In this document: in pieces, positions 39,505-52,712 of the stretch
How the letters are laid out: the number at the start of each line of letters is the position of its first letter
Position numbering within the stretch: position 1 is the stretch's first letter
Origin: Chiloscyllium plagiosum
Lineage: Eukaryota
Direction of reading: 5' to 3'
Assembly (NCBI RefSeq): GCF_004010195.1
Contig: NC_057759.1
Location: 1,557,069 to 1,621,068 of the forward strand
Length of the DNA stretch: 64,000 nt
The notes under the pieces: model-generated
Seen by the model: the letters and a program-made list of their open reading frames with translations, nothing else
What the model was told of the DNA's origin: nothing
Databases searched by the model: none
Made by a program: the position numbers and the translations under genes

Positions 39505-40370
39505 TTCTATAAATAATTAGGAGTTGGGTGATGAGGGCATAATCTCTAACTTGCAGTTGACACTAATCCAAAGCGAGGAGTGAATTGTGAGGATGATGCT
39601 GAGTGACTTCACAGGCAAATTGACAACTTGGCCAAATGGGCAGAAATCTGGCAGATGAATTCAAATGCAGAGAAATAAAATGAAATTCATTTTGGGAACA
39701 GAAACACAGAGCAACAATGCAGGGTCAATGGTACAACTTTGAGGGGAGCAATGGAACAAAGGGATCTCCGAGTTCACATGTATCATTCTCTGAAGGTGAC
39801 CAGGCAAGTTGAAACTGTTGTGAAGAAGGTTTATAGGATCCTTATGTTTATAAATAAAGGCATTGAGTATAAAACTGAGGAAGTGATGCTATACCTGTAC
39901 AAATCATTGGTCAGACCACATTTGTGTTCAGTTCTATTTAAGGAAGAATCTTCAAGCTCTGGAGAGGGTCCATTGGAAATTTACTAGAATGAGAGCAGGA
40001 ATGAAGGATTTTACATACAAGGAAGGATTCGTGACATCAGGCTTCTTCTCCTTGGAGCAGAGAAGATTAAGAGGAGGACCTTGTAGAGATATTCAAAATT
40101 ATGAAGAATTTTGACAGGGGAAAGAAGAATATTTTGTTACCGTTACTTGGTATGTTAGTAACTAGGGGGTGACAATTTCAACACCATCAGTAAGAAAGTT
40201 GGAGTGACATGAAGAAAAATGTCTTTGCTCAGAGTTGATAGGATTTGGATTGTGCAGCCTGGGATCATGGTGGAGGTAGATTCCATATGAGGTATGAAAT
40301 GAGAGCTGGATGTGTATTTTAAGTGATGAAGTTGGAGGATAATGAAGATAGGGCGGATGAATGATCCTGT
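39505..40370 (+). mobile_element. Old CR1 3' fragment
   Basis: EQRDLRVH...LYKSLVRPHL. Confidence 0.8.
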
Positions 40371-40758
40371 CTTTAATTATTTCCAGCTCACCACAATTTA
40401 AATAAAAGATGCGCAGAGTACATTCAACTCATTGTCTAGTCTGCCTCGACCCATTCACCAGGAAATCAAATGGATGCTCAAGTTAGGAAAGGACACCATA
40501 AAATCTCAAATCTCTGCCATCCACAGTTAGATTGTGCTACAGTGATATAAATTGACCCACCGAGAGTTCTGGGAGAGACAATTATTCAGATGGTTTCTCA
40601 AAACAAGTCCATCTTTGGAACTGATATCTTGTTGAGTGAATTGAGACAAAGCCTAGGCGAGTCGCAGAAATGTGACATTCCTATGCCTTGGCCTCCTTAT
40701 TTGCTGGATTTGCTGTTGATCGATTTGTGAAGCTGCACAGGCTTTCTTTTGTGCTGTC

Positions 40759-40890
40759 TCACAATGTCCATAGAATGTTGGCATAAACGTTTTCCTCTTA
40801 GTCTTGACCTGGTTCCTCATCCCCTCCTGTATCTGTGTGCCTCAGGGTGGCTTATGTGATGCAGGGTGGTTGCTGTTCCGCTTGGTCAGC
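40759..40890 (-). pseudogene. Terminal coding exon with inactivated ITIM (IT*ATL) and ENVYANI motif
   Basis: gatctgctttcag|GCT...; reads ADQAEQQPPCIT*ATLRHTDTGGDEEPGQD*EENVYANILWTL*; premature TAA at 40854-40852 and 40800-40798. Confidence 0.65.
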
Positions 40891-40924
40891 CTGAAAGCAG
40901 ATCAACAAGAAACGTAGTAGGAGC

Positions 40925-41822
40925 AGGACCAAAATTGGTGTCAATTTGGACAGAGAAGAAGGTTATCTAAGAGGACAATGGAAATTTGATCAACTGGGCC
41001 TGTGTGTAAGGGAATGGCAGATGAAGTTTAATTTAGATAAATGCAAGGTGTTGCATTTTGGTAAGGCAAACCAGGGCAGTACCTATACTGTTAATAGTAA
41101 AAGTCTAGGGAGTGTTTCTGAACAAATAGATCTACGGGTGCAGGAAGACAGTTCCTTAAATATGGCATTGCAGCGAGATATTGTAGTGAAGTAAGTGTTT
41201 GGCATGCTTGCCTTCACTGGTCAGAGCACTGACGTCAGGAGTTGAGGCATCATGTTACAGCTGTACAGGATGTTGGTGAGACCATTTTTAGAATACTGTG
41301 TACAGTCCTGGTCAATCTGTTGTAGAAAGGATGTCGTTAACCTCGAAAGGCTATAGAAAAGATTTACAAAGATGTTACTAAGATTGCAGGGTTTGAGTTA
41401 TAAGGAGAAGCTTCATAAGCTGGGAGCTTTTCTCCCCTGTAGTGTTGGAGGCTGAGGGGTGACCTTAGGCAGGTTATAAAATCACGAGGGGCACAGAAAA
41501 GGTAAATAGGTATGGTCTTTTACCCAGGGTAGCGCTGTCCAAAACTAGTGGGCATAGGTTTAAGGTGAGAGGGGAAAGATTAAAACAGGAGCTGAGAGGC
41601 AAATATATCCCACAGAAGGCAGTTAATATCGGGAATGAGCTGCCAGAGGAAATGGTAGAGGCAGGTACAATTACACTTAAAAGACATTTGGAAAGGTACA
41701 TGGATAAGAAATGTTTAGAGATATGGGTCAAATGCAGATAAATGAGACTAATTGAGTTTGGGCAACCTTGTCAGCATGGGCGAGTTGGACTGAAGGGCCT
41801 GTTTCCGAGCTGCATGACTATG
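40925..41822 (+). mobile_element. CR1 3' fragment
   Basis: WQMKFNLDKCKVLHFG, 3' UTR ending CATGACTATGA. Confidence 0.85.
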
Positions 41823-42644
41823 AAAACGGATGAGAAGAACAAACTTTGCCTGAAATACAAACAGTGTATTGGAGGAGCTGTGAATATTTGAGGTCATTAT
41901 ACACATCAGTTTCTCTTAGCAAAGCACATGACTGGAACAAGCCTAAAACTGACCCTGACAAATGTTATTTCTCTGTACTCTGAACCGGATGTGGCCATCC
42001 TATCAAGGTGGGAAGTGGATGCAATTCCGAAATGTCCTTGAACCAATCGACTTGCTCAGCCAGAAGGCAGTGAAGAGTTTGCAAAGGGTTAGGAGTCAAA
42101 TGCAGAGAAGACCAGGTAAGGAGGGCAGATTTCATTCCCTTAAGGACAATCACAGACAGGAACAGGAGAAGGCCATTCGGCCCCTCAAGCCTGCTCAGCT
42201 ATTCAATCACATCATGGCTGATGGCCGATTCCCCATGCTCACTTAACATGTAACCCTCAATTCCCCGACTGATCAAGAATCCATCTATCCCAGCCTTAAA
42301 CCTATTCCCTGTCCCCACACACAGCTCTCTGTTGCAAGGAATTCCAAAGACTCTCAACCTCAAAGAAATTCCTCCTCACCTCAGTCTTCAATTTTGAACC
42401 AGATGGTTGTTTGTTCCTGATAACAGTCATCATTATAGACTCCAGATCAGCTTTTGTTTAAAATCAAATTCCAAATCCACCACCTGCCACAACAAGATTC
42501 AAATTCACATCAGCAGGGCATACCCTGGGGAGCTGAAAATATAGAATTTTGCTTCCCCATTATTTCAGTAACTCAAAGTGAATCTCTTCAAAATTGAGAT
42601 CAGAATAAATTGCCCCACACCATTGAATTAAATATTGATGCCCC

Positions 42645-43120
42645 CAGAATCCATATAGTGTGGAAAGAGAGCATTCAGCCCATGCAGTCTGTCCCAAGCC
42701 AGTGAAGAGTATCCCACCCAGACCCCGACCCTACTCCTGTAACCCTGCATTAATCATGGCCAATTTCCCTAACCTGCACATCATAGAATCCTGCAGTGTG
42801 GAAGCTGGCATTTCAGCCAATCAGTTCCATATACTGACCCTCTGAATAACATCCCACTCCGACCCACCTCCCTCTCTAATCCCTGTAACCATGCATTTAC
42901 CATGGCTAATCCTCCTAGCGTGCATAACTCTCACACTATGGGCAACGTAGCAAGGCCAATCCATTTAAACTGCACATCTTTGGACTGTGGGAGGAAACCG
43001 GAGAAAACCCACGCAGAGAAGGGGAGAACGCGAAAACTCCCAATAGACAGTCACCCGAGGCTGGAATTGTTCCTGGGTCCCTGATGCTGTGAGGCAGCAA
43101 TGCCAGCCACTGAGCCAGCC
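42645..43120 (-). mobile_element. Nested or adjacent HE1-related SINE copies
   Basis: Two 3' halves (atggccaat/atggctaat motifs) and one tRNA-like head. Confidence 0.75.
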
Positions 43121-43410
43121 AATGATTTTACCACTGGCCATGTAGGGGTTAGCTCAGTTGATTCTATAGATGGCTTATAATGTATACTCACGCTGACAGC
43201 ATGCTGTTCAATTGCTGCTCTGGTTGAGATTGCTCTGAATAATAATTCCCTGTGCCTTAGATGTGGTGACCCTCAGGTTAAAATATGAACAGTTGTTGCT
43301 TTTTCTCTCTCTTTATCCCCCACACTTCTCTCTCTAATGAGACAATGGTGAACTTACATGAACTGCCTGCCAAAAATAGATAAACATGATATATATATAG
43401 TATCATGTAC

Positions 43411-43476
43411 CAGCGTTTCTTGGTTTGGAGATGATGAAAACTGAGTACACCAAACTGCTATCTATTTCGGAGTCAT
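43411..43476 (-). pseudogene. Cytoplasmic exon with ITIM-like LVYSVF
   Basis: tttcttgattgcag|ATGACTCC...ACGCTG|gtacat; 66 nt, phase 1-1; reads DSEIDSSLVYSVFIISKPRNA. Confidence 0.6.
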
Positions 43477-44039
43477 CTGCAATCAAGAAACAATAAGCAA
43501 AGTGAACCGAAAGGTTAGAGATCAGGATGTTAAACCAACAGCAAATGATGCCTCAAAATTAAATACAGAGTGTAATTAAGGTCACAGACCCAACCCAGCA
43601 GGAATGTAAACCTAAGCTCTTGGCCATATATCGAACTTTTCAAAGCAGTTCATGAACCAGGTGACTCAATAACATCAAATGAGTATTTTGCATCAACATT
43701 CACTACAAAATTGACATCTCCCCTCCCAGAACAAGCTGACAAAGGGAAGGTGGAGGCCCTGGGGTAAATTACATTTTTTTATTATTCACTCGTGGCACAT
43801 GGCCAACACCCACTGGACCCAGTGTTTATTGCCCAACTCATCCCTAGTTGTTCTCTTGAGAAGGTAGAGATGAGCTGCTTTCTTAAATTGCTGCAGTCCA
43901 TGTGCTGTAGATAGACACACATTGGATGGAAAGTTGTCTTCAACAGTAAACAGTCAGTCCCCAGGTGACAAAAAAATCTGTCCCTGCTGAGTTTTTCCAA
44001 CAATTTCTGTGTTTCTTTTTATTTCTGACACTCAGTGCC

Positions 44040-45260
44040 TGAAGTAGGCTAATGAAACGTTGGCTTTTATATCGAGAGGACTAGAGTACAAAGATGCAGA
44101 AGGGATGCTGCAGTTATACAAAACCCTGGTAAGACCCTACTTGGAGCAGATCTGGGCAGATCTGGGCATCACACCTGAGGAAGGATAGATTGGCCTGGTA
44201 GGGAGTACAGCGTGAGTTTACAAGAATGATACCTGGGCTTCAGGTGTTAAGCTATCTGGAGAGATTACACAAATTAAGCCTGTTCTGTCCAGAATTTACA
44301 TGGTTCAGGAATGATCTGATTGAAGATATTAGCAGGAAAAGACAGAGTGGATAAATTGAAAGTGTTTCCACTGTTTGGGGATCCTAGAAATAGGGAGGGA
44401 TAGATTGAAAATACAAATATTCCACATTAATAAATCATGGTTCCCCCTGCAGTTACAAAATGGCATTCCCACACACCGGAGCAATTAGTGATTTCAAATA
44501 GAAACTGAAAGTCCAAATATTTTATTTTCACACATTCCAGATCCCCACCATCCTCTGGGTGAAGCAATCCTCAAATCATTGTCAAAACCTCTTACCCTTC
44601 ACTTTAAAATGATATCCCCCTCATGACTGACCCTTCGACTAAGGGAAGCAGTTGCTTCCTGTCCTCCCTGTCCATGTCCCTCATACTGGAATCATAGAGT
44701 CACACAGCAAGGAATCAGACCCTTCTGTCCAACTATTCCATGCCGTCCATAATCTCAAACTAAACAAGTCCAACTTGTTTGCACTTGGCCCTCATCTCTC
44801 CAACCTTTCCTATTCTTGTACTAATCTAAATGTCTTTAAAACATTGTAACTGACCCTGTATCCGCCATTTTCTCTGAAAGTTCAATCCACACGTGAACCA
44901 CTCTCCGTCAAAAAAGGTTACCCGCCATGTCATTTTCAAAAAGGTCTCTCTTCTCAACTGAAAAATATGTCCTCTGGTCTTGAAGTCCCCCACCCTAGGG
45001 AAAAGACACCTGCCATTCACCTCATCTATGCCCATCATGATTTCATAAACCTCTACACCTCTCAAACTTCTACTCTCCAGTGAAAATAGTCCCGGTCCAT
45101 CCAGCCTGTCCTTCCAACTCAAACTCTCCATTCCCAACAGCATTCTGATATATATTTTCTGAACCCTCTCAGTTTATAATGTCCTTCCTCTAACAGGGCA
45201 ACCAGAACTGGACAAAATGCACCAGAACAGGCTTCACCAGTGTCCTGTACAGCCACAACA
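44040..45260. mobile_element. CR1 fragments in both orientations
   Basis: LYKTLVRPYLE (plus) and GLFSLESRSLRG (minus). Confidence 0.75.
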
Positions 45261-45583
45261 GGGTGTCCGAAATCCAACACACAATGGGCTGAGAAATTAA
45301 CACTTTCTCAAATACCCTGTCAACATGTGACACAAAATGCAAAGAATTATGGACCTGAACCTGTCAAGCGCTCTGCTCTACAACACTACCAATCTTACAC
45401 ACATCTCTCATGTCGCCCTCACCCATCAACCTTCTCTGTTGTAAAGGAAACAACCCAAACATCCCTCCAACACTTCCAGGAAGAGATTTGTTTTTACGGA
45501 TCTTCCCAATCAGATAAATACCAGCATGAACGCTGACCAATACGTGATGGTGTAGAATCAGCAGCTCACAGAATCATACTCAC

Positions 45584-45674
45584 TATTCAATCAGCTTGAC
45601 CCAATCTGTGTATTCGAAATTTCTTGCAGGTCTGTCCTCATTCGCGCCCTCAGCTTGATCTTCCATCACCTCCT
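45584..45674 (-). pseudogene. Cytoplasmic exon candidate with a tyrosine motif
   Basis: tttcattccag|AGGAGG...GAATA|gtgagt; the open frame reads EVMEDQAEGANEDRPARNFEYTDW; phase does not match the neighbours without a frameshift. Confidence 0.45.
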
Positions 45675-46509
45675 CTGGAATGAAATATTTCCAGATCATT
45701 ACCCAACCAAGTTCCAATCCTGCTCATGACAACAATTTACTGCGGTTTGCATACAAAAGACCCTGGCAACGAGGTCACTGAGCCAAGGTCCCAAGGAATT
45801 ACCTCCTGGAATTGACCGGAATATGGCTCAGAACATGTACGTTCATTGAATCATAAACTTTTATTGTATGGAAGGAGACCATTCATGTATGTACCAGCTC
45901 CTGAACGAGCTACCCAGCTAGAACCACCCTCTAGCCCTATCTCCATCTCTCTTTTCGAATCTCTGCCTCCACCACTCTCCCAAGCAGCACATTCCAAACC
46001 CAACAACCCAAATAAATTTCTCCTCATCTCACTCTCTCACTGACCATCTTGAAATTCTGACCAGCCAGTTACTAATAGAGCAATGAGTGGGAAACAATAA
46101 CTTGCTTTTCCGTCAGAATTGTTCAAACTTTCAACATCTGAATAAGGTCAACATTTCATCTTCTCTGCTCGAAAGCGAATAAGCTCAATCTCTTGAATCT
46201 TTCCCGGAATCTAAAATCCCTCATCGCTATGATCATTCTCGTAAATCTCCTTCAAACTGTCTCCAGGGTTTGAACAGCCTTCCTTAAGTAAGGTGTCCAG
46301 AACAGAACAAAACCAGCCTGGGTAATAGAAGGCCAACTCCCTTAATCAAATGTATTTCCAAATTCGGCTGTTGCCTGTGAAGGTAAGGTACACATACAAA
46401 GAAATACTCAACAGATCAAAGGCTTATCTCCAATATGGTCTAATATTCTCCATAGTACATGTGGTGTCACCAGAATTAATTTATTTTTCTGCCATCTGCT
46501 TTGTTTTGG

Positions 46510-48490
46510 GTGTTAGGTTAGCTCAGTTGACTGGATGGCTGGTTTTAAATGTGGAGTAACATTGACATCGTGGGTTTGAATCTCTCACTGACTGAGGTTA
46601 CCATGAACTTAGAACATAGAACATAGAAAAATACAGCAAAGTACAGGCCCTTTGGCCCTCGATGTTGCGCCGATCCAAGCCCACCTAACTTACACTAGCC
46701 CACTATCCTCCATATGCCTATCCAATGCCCGTTTAAATGCCCATAAAGAGGGAGGGCATTCCATGAACTCACGACTCGCTGGGTAAAGAATCTACCCCTA
46801 ACATCTGTCCTTTATCTACCACCCCTTAATTTAAAGCTATGCCCCCTCGAAATAGCTGACTCCATACGTGGAAAAAGGTTCTCATGGTCAACCCTATCTA
46901 AACCCCTAATCATCTTGTACACCTCTATCAAGTCACCCCTAAACATTCTTTTCTCCAATGAAAACAGCCCCAAGTGCCTCAGCCTTTCCTCATACGATCT
47001 TCCTACCATACCAGGCAACATCCTGGTAAACCTCCTCTGCACCTATTCCAATGCCTCCACACCCCTCCTATAGTATGGCGACCAAAACTCCACACAAAAC
47101 TCCAGATGCGGCCACACCAGAGTCTTATACAACTGCAACATGACCTCAGGACTCCTGAACTCAATTCCTCTACCTGCACACAATATTCCAGATGCGGTCG
47201 TACCAGAGTCTTATACAACTGCATCATGACCTCAGGACTCCGGAACTCAATTCCTCTATCAATAAAAGCCAGTACGCCATATGCCTTCCTCACCGCACTA
47301 TTTACCTGGGTGGCAACTTTCAGAGATCTGTGTACATGGACACCAAGATCCCTCTGCTCATCCACACTACCAAGTATCCGTCCATTAGCCCCGTACCCCA
47401 TCTTTTTGTTATTCTTCCCAAAGTGAATCACCTCGCACTTAGCTACATTGTATTCCATCTGCCACCTTTCTGCCCAGCTCTGCAGCTTCTCTATATCCTG
47501 CTGTAACCTGCCACATGCTTCCTCACTGTCAACAACTCCTCCGACTTTTGTGTCATCCGCAAACTTGCTCACCCAACCTTCTAACCCCTCTTCCATGTCA
47601 TTTATAAAAATGACAAACAGCAATGGTCCCAAAACAGATCCTTGCGGGACACCGCTAGTGACGGCACTCCATGAAGAAACTTTGCCATCAACTACTACCC
47701 TCTGTCTTCTTCCATCCAGCCAATTCCTAATCCAAACTTCCAACTCACCCTCAATGCCATACCTCTGTATTTTTTGCAGTAGCCTACCATGGGGAACGTT
47801 ATCAAACGCCTTACTAAAATCCATATATACCACATCTACCGCTTTCCCCTCATCAACCTCCTTCGTCACCTTTTCAAAGAATTCAATAAGGTTTGTGAGG
47901 CACGACTTGCCCTTCACAAAACCATGCTGACTATCCTTGATCACATTATTCCTATCTAGATGTGCATAAATCCTATCCCTTACAATTCTCTCTAAGACTT
48001 TGCCCACAACAGAAGTGAGACTCACCGGCCTATAGTTACTAGGGCTATCCCTACTCCCCTTTTTGAACAAGGGAACCACATTTGCTGTCCTCCAGTCTTC
48101 TGGGACTACTCCTGTAGACAAGGAGGACATAAAAATCAAGGCCAATGGCTCTGCAATCTCCTCCCTTGCTTCCCAGAGAATCCTAGGATAAATGCCATCA
48201 GGCCCAGGGGACTTACCTATTTTCACCCTTTCCAAAATTTCCAACACCTCTTCTCTACATACCTCAAAGCCGTCCATTCTAATTAATTGTGATTCGATAT
48301 TCACATTGGCAACAATGTCCTGTTCCTGAGTGAATACTGACGAAAAGTATTCATTCAGTGTCTCCCCAATCTCTTCAGCCTCCACACGCAACTTCCCACT
48401 ACTACTGTCCTCCTCCACACCTCACCTTATGAGAGGCATGGTAACCCTCAGGTTGAACCACCACCTCCCAGTTATCACTCTCTTCCTCTC
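46510..48490 (+). mobile_element. Second tRNA-derived SINE family split by a young CR1 (SINE parts ~46510-46607 and ~48407-48490); another copy at ~43143-43350
   Basis: GGTTAGCTCAGTTG head and GGTRACCCTCAGGTT 3' motif shared with the 43143 copy. Confidence 0.6.
46609..48406 (-). mobile_element. Young 5'-truncated CR1 LINE with open RT domain
   Basis: ORF 47003-48418 contains [38 protein letters not shown]; (TTCTATG)n tail at 46609-46627; internal ~85-bp duplication shifts the frame. Confidence 0.95.
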
Positions 48491-48499
48491 TGACACTCC

Positions 48500-49700
48500 A
48501 GCTGAGGTCCATCAGTGTCTTTTACAACTTCAACATCACCTCCTTGTTCTTGGACTCTATGCCCCTATTAATAAAGCTGAGGATGCTGTGTGTTTTATTC
48601 ACTGTTCTCCCCCCTGTTATGCCGCCTTCACTGATCTGTGGATATATACCCCTAAATTCTTCTGCTCTTGCCCCTCCTTTAGAATTTTACCCCCTACTTT
48701 GTTTTTTTTTTACTTTCAACCAACATCCTTCACCAAATTTGTGTTAAATCACTTCTGTCTTTATTTTTCAATGTTCACGAATTAAAACCTATTTTGTTAA
48801 ATCAAACCTGATTTTCTCCCTCCTCGTAGTTTTGCTATTAACTAACAATATAACTCCACAAGAACATATAGGCTAGGATCAGGTTGAGTCCATTTGGCCC
48901 ACCAGGAACCTGCTCCACTATTCCATACGATCACAGCTGTTCCCATCTAAGCCTCAAATCCACTTTCCTGCAAACACTCCCTTTGACCCATCACTGATTA
49001 TCAATCTGTCTGTCTCCTCCTCCAATTGATGCAGTGTCCTGGGGGGTGGGGGTTGGGAGGAGTGATCCCACCGATTTACAACCCTCTCCTCATTTGAGAT
49101 AATTCATTCCCCCCATTTTTAGTCTGCCCAGTCCCTTATCCTGAAATGATAACCTCTTGTTCTAGATTCTCCCACGTGAACAAACATCCTCTCTCCAACT
49201 CCTTGTCAATACCCACTTTAGCATTTTATAACCTTAAGTTCGATCTCCTCTCTTCCAAACTCCAGAGAAACTGCTCAATCTCTCATCTAAGACAAACCCT
49301 TCATCTTTGGAAATGATTGAGTGAATCTCCTCTGAACTACCTCCAGTATAAACTGCATCTGTCCTCAAGTGAAGAAATCAAAATTGTACCAGTCTCTTCT
49401 CATAAGACTAAACTTTCATCTGGGCAATCAATTCGGTGATCTCCTTTGAACTCCCTCCAATTCAACTATATCCCTCCTCAAGTAAAGGGACCAAAATTGT
49501 CTGCAGTATTCCGGATGTGGAAACCCCAATCCCTTGTACAGATGCAGTAACAATTACCTACTTCCTTAGTTCATTCCTTTCACAATAAATGTCTTCCTTG
49601 TGACCTGCTGTAGCCTTTGCACTGATATTTTTGAGCTTTCTCTCCTATTCAGATGATAGGTTCTCTGTTTCAATTCTTCCAACTGCAATGGATTACCTCA
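48500..49700 (-). mobile_element. Old CR1-group fragments
   Basis: Degenerate RT C-terminal and 3' UTR motifs similar to other copies in the window. Confidence 0.55.
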
Positions 49701-49932
49701 TCGCTAATGGGACTGACCAATGCTCAGTTCACTGTCTAACGGAAATTGTGAGTGTGTCGTCAATTTGAACTGTTGTGCTTTAGATTTGCAAACGAGTCAG
49801 ACACAACAGTTCCTTTGCTCTAATTTGTCTAACAAATGTAAAATTGCTGGCTTTGCACTCAGAGTGATTTTTCAGCCCATTCAGACAGTGTTTGAATGCT
49901 GTTTGAAGTTGCTAACCAACTTACTAATTTAC

Positions 49933-49963
49933 CTGTGCCACCGGGAACTGTTGGAAGAATCAG
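49933..49963 (-). pseudogene. 31-nt cytoplasmic exon candidate
   Basis: ttctttctctcttttttcccag|CTGATTC...GCACAG|gtaaat; reads ADSSNSSRWH in phase 1. Confidence 0.55.
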
Positions 49964-50217
49964 CTGGGAAAAAAGAGAGAAAGAACATGGGAAATGTTTA
50001 CTGCAAGTATTCAGCTTCTCCTGCTAGCAAACGAATCTGGATACTTTGATTGATGCACAAGCAACAATTATTCCAATTTTAACCTTTAGTTTATATCTGT
50101 ACTGACTATTCCTCTGAATACAGCTCATTACTTTGTATGTCTCCCCAAGTAATTTCGTCTGCCACTGGTTCAGCCTGTCCACATCCTCATAAAGCACTTT
50201 CCCAAATAGTGTTTTAT

Positions 50218-50640
50218 TTCTTTTTTAATTCACTGGTGGGATGTGAAAATCACTGGCTTGGCCGAGAATTTATTATCCATTCCTCGTTGGTCCCTTGAGA
50301 AGGAGGTAGTGAGCTACCTTCTTGAACCACTGCAGTCCCTGTGCTGTAGGTCGACCCATGATACCATTAGAGAGGGAACTGCAGGATTTTGACCCAGCGA
50401 CACTAAATGAATGGCTGATATATTTCCAAGTTGGGACGGTGAGTGGCTTAGAGGGAAACTTGCAGGAGGTGGTATTCTCATGTATCTACTGTGCTTGTCC
50501 TTCTAGATAGTCATGGTTGTGGGTTTGGAAGGAGCTGCCTGAGGATCTTTGGTGAATTTCTGAAGGACATCTCGTAGATGCTACTGAGGACAGGTGATGG
50601 ATGGAGTGGATGTGGTGCCAATGAAACAGGGGCTTCATTG
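50218..50640 (-). mobile_element. 3' end of a second LINE family (L2/CR1 group); related pieces at ~4795-5050 (+), ~43775-43925 (-), ~52625-52750 (+)
   Basis: Shared TTGAGAAGG...GAGCT.C.TTCTT..A.....TGCAGTCC motif and A-rich GAATAAA-like tail. Confidence 0.6.
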
Positions 50641-50939
50641 TCCCTGGACTGTGTTCGGCTTCTCGAGTGTGGTCTCCAATGTGCACTGCAGACATGACTG
50701 AGTGAGTGTGTGTGTGTGCACGTGAAACTATGTGTAAGTGTCAATGAGAATATGTCTCTCTATCTCTCTCACACACTCACAGACATGTACACTTTCATAC
50801 TCTCACTCAAACGCACTCACACACATAACCTCTCATACACACACCCTCGTACACTATGTGAGCAACATCAGTTTGAAACTACATCGAGTGCAGAGTGGAG
50901 AACGATCGCCGGGGTTACCTGCTGGAGTGTCTCACTCAC

Positions 50940-51062
50940 CATGTTTCCAACTCCGGAGTTTAATGGGAAGCAATGTGAGGACAGAAAGGATCAGAATATG
51001 TGGGACAATGAGGGCTGCCATCTCATCGCTGTGTGCCTGTGGTGGATTCAGACAGGGATTTC
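50940..51062 (-). pseudogene. Transmembrane exon candidate of the Ig receptor
   Basis: Encodes MAALIVPHILILSVLTLLPI followed by basic KLRSWKH; strong donor CATG|gtgagt. Acceptor uncertain (exon start 51062 gives a 123-nt phase 1-1 exon; 51036 is an alternative). Confidence 0.6.
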
Positions 51063-51389
51063 CTGTCAATAACATAATCTCTTCAGCAAACACCAAACCC
51101 AGTGTTTCCTGTTCCCTGTCGCCCTGACCCCCTGCCAACACTCGTGTCTTTAAAATCCCCCCCAAACCCTTACAATTGCAGTAACATCATTGTTTATGTG
51201 CAGCCTCTCTCATTAACAATATCCCACCAATCCAACCCAAACTATTCGACGCTAAACTCAAAAGATCACTCTGCACCCACTCTCTCTAAATTGTTGACTA
51301 GAAATCACTATCTCTCATTTTCACAGCTTTCAATTTTGAAGGCAAAACTTCCCTTGTCCTCCACCTGTCAGTGGCAACTGGGCAATTCA

Positions 51390-52010
51390 CAGGAAAACAT
51401 TAAAATACCATTTGGTGGAGGCCATTTGGCCCCTCCAAACTGCTCCGCCCACATAAAGGGATCATGGCTGATCACCCAACTCAGTCCTCTGTCTCCCTGC
51501 ACTCTCCCTTTAACCCCAAAGAACTCAGTGGAACTCCTTCCGGAACAACATTCAGTATTCTAGCCCTGACTACTTTCTGTGGCAGAGAATTCTACAGGCG
51601 CCTCACTCTCTGCATGAAGACATTTCTCCCCATGTAAGTCCCACTCCATTTCCTTTTCGACTGTGACCCCTTGGTTCTGGTCTGGCCGCCCAGTCACCGG
51701 GAACATCCTCCCCGTGTTTACTCTGTCTTGTCCTTGTTCAAATTTATAGATTTCTATGAGATTCCCCCTTAATTCTTCTAAACTCCAGTGAATATCATCC
51801 TAACCATTCCAGTCTTTCTCCATCTGTCAGTCCTGCCATCCGAGGAATCATTCTGGGAAACCTTCGCTGCAGTCCCTCTACAAGCACAATATCGTTCCTC
51901 AAATAAGGACACTCCAAACTGAGTGCAGTTCTACAGGGTGTCGTCTCACCCTGTCTAATTATAACGAGACATCCCTGCACTTAGACTTGAATCCTCTCGC
52001 TATATAGGCC
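51390..52010 (-). mobile_element. Old CR1 3' fragment
   Basis: PYLRNDIVLVEGLQRRFPRMIP. Confidence 0.7.
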
Positions 52011-52171
52011 TCCCTTATCTGACAAAGGATAACACTCTCACTCTCCCTTACCCCCACAGATGCTGCCAACCTGCTGAGATTCTGAAGCAATTGTTCTAGA
52101 GTGTTCATGCCAAGACTTCAGCTGGACCCCAGTGAAGAACGAGCATAGATCAAAGATGAAGAATGAATTAC

Positions 52172-52467
52172 CTGGCTCTGTGAGGTTGTTGGAATTTCTG
52201 GTCACATTAACTCTCGTTCCAACCCCTGTTGATAGCGTCGCACTGGTATCAGCCTTGGTACTGGGACTGGAAGGATTCAATGGCCAACTCTCTCCTGTCT
52301 GAGCTCGTTGTATTTCCTGCTGGCATTGTTTAAGGCTTACCTTTGAAAGTAGCATTGAAAGTACGGTCCTGTACCGTGACACAATACACAGTCTCGAACA
52401 AGACGATTCCCAAGTGGAACCTTCATTTTATTGACTCGGGGGGTGAGGAAAACCCCAGCAACAGGAA
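52172..52467 (-). pseudogene. Ig-like domain exon (FCRL/PECAM-like receptor), disrupted
   Basis: Acceptor ttttgttccag|TT CCT GTT, donor CCAG|gtaatt. Reads VPVAGVFLTPRVNKMKVPLGNRLVRDCVLCHGTGPYFQCYFQR*, then after a frameshift ELAIESFQSQYQG*YQCDAINRG, then NVTRNSNNLTEP. Both Ig cysteines and a G-x-Y-x-C motif are present; 296 nt, with stops. Confidence 0.8.
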
Positions 52468-52712
52468 CTGGAACAAAACTAGACAAAGAGGAAATAAAAG
52501 ACTGGATGTTGAAATTGTCTTTATTTTCACAGATGTTATCTTCTATGACAGGATAATAACTGACAGAAAGGAGAAATAAAACAAACTGAGATTTCACATC
52601 GTTGCAAAGTTTTCATCTGTTGTAAAATCTACACTTCTAAAGATTTGTGTTAACTATGAATGGTCAAATGGTACATCATCCAACCATTGCCCTCTTGATG
52701 TTCAATGGTATC

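Noticed and set aside
47003..48418. 471-aa ORF as a host gene or active retroelement
   Set aside because: 5'-truncated CR1 ORF2 lacking the endonuclease, with a GTG pseudo-start and a frameshifted C-terminus.
52341..52559. Alternative exon defined by ctgtcag| and |gtaagc
   Set aside because: The Ig-domain reading fits 52467-52172 better; the gtaag likely arises from the nonsense mutation, though cryptic use is possible.
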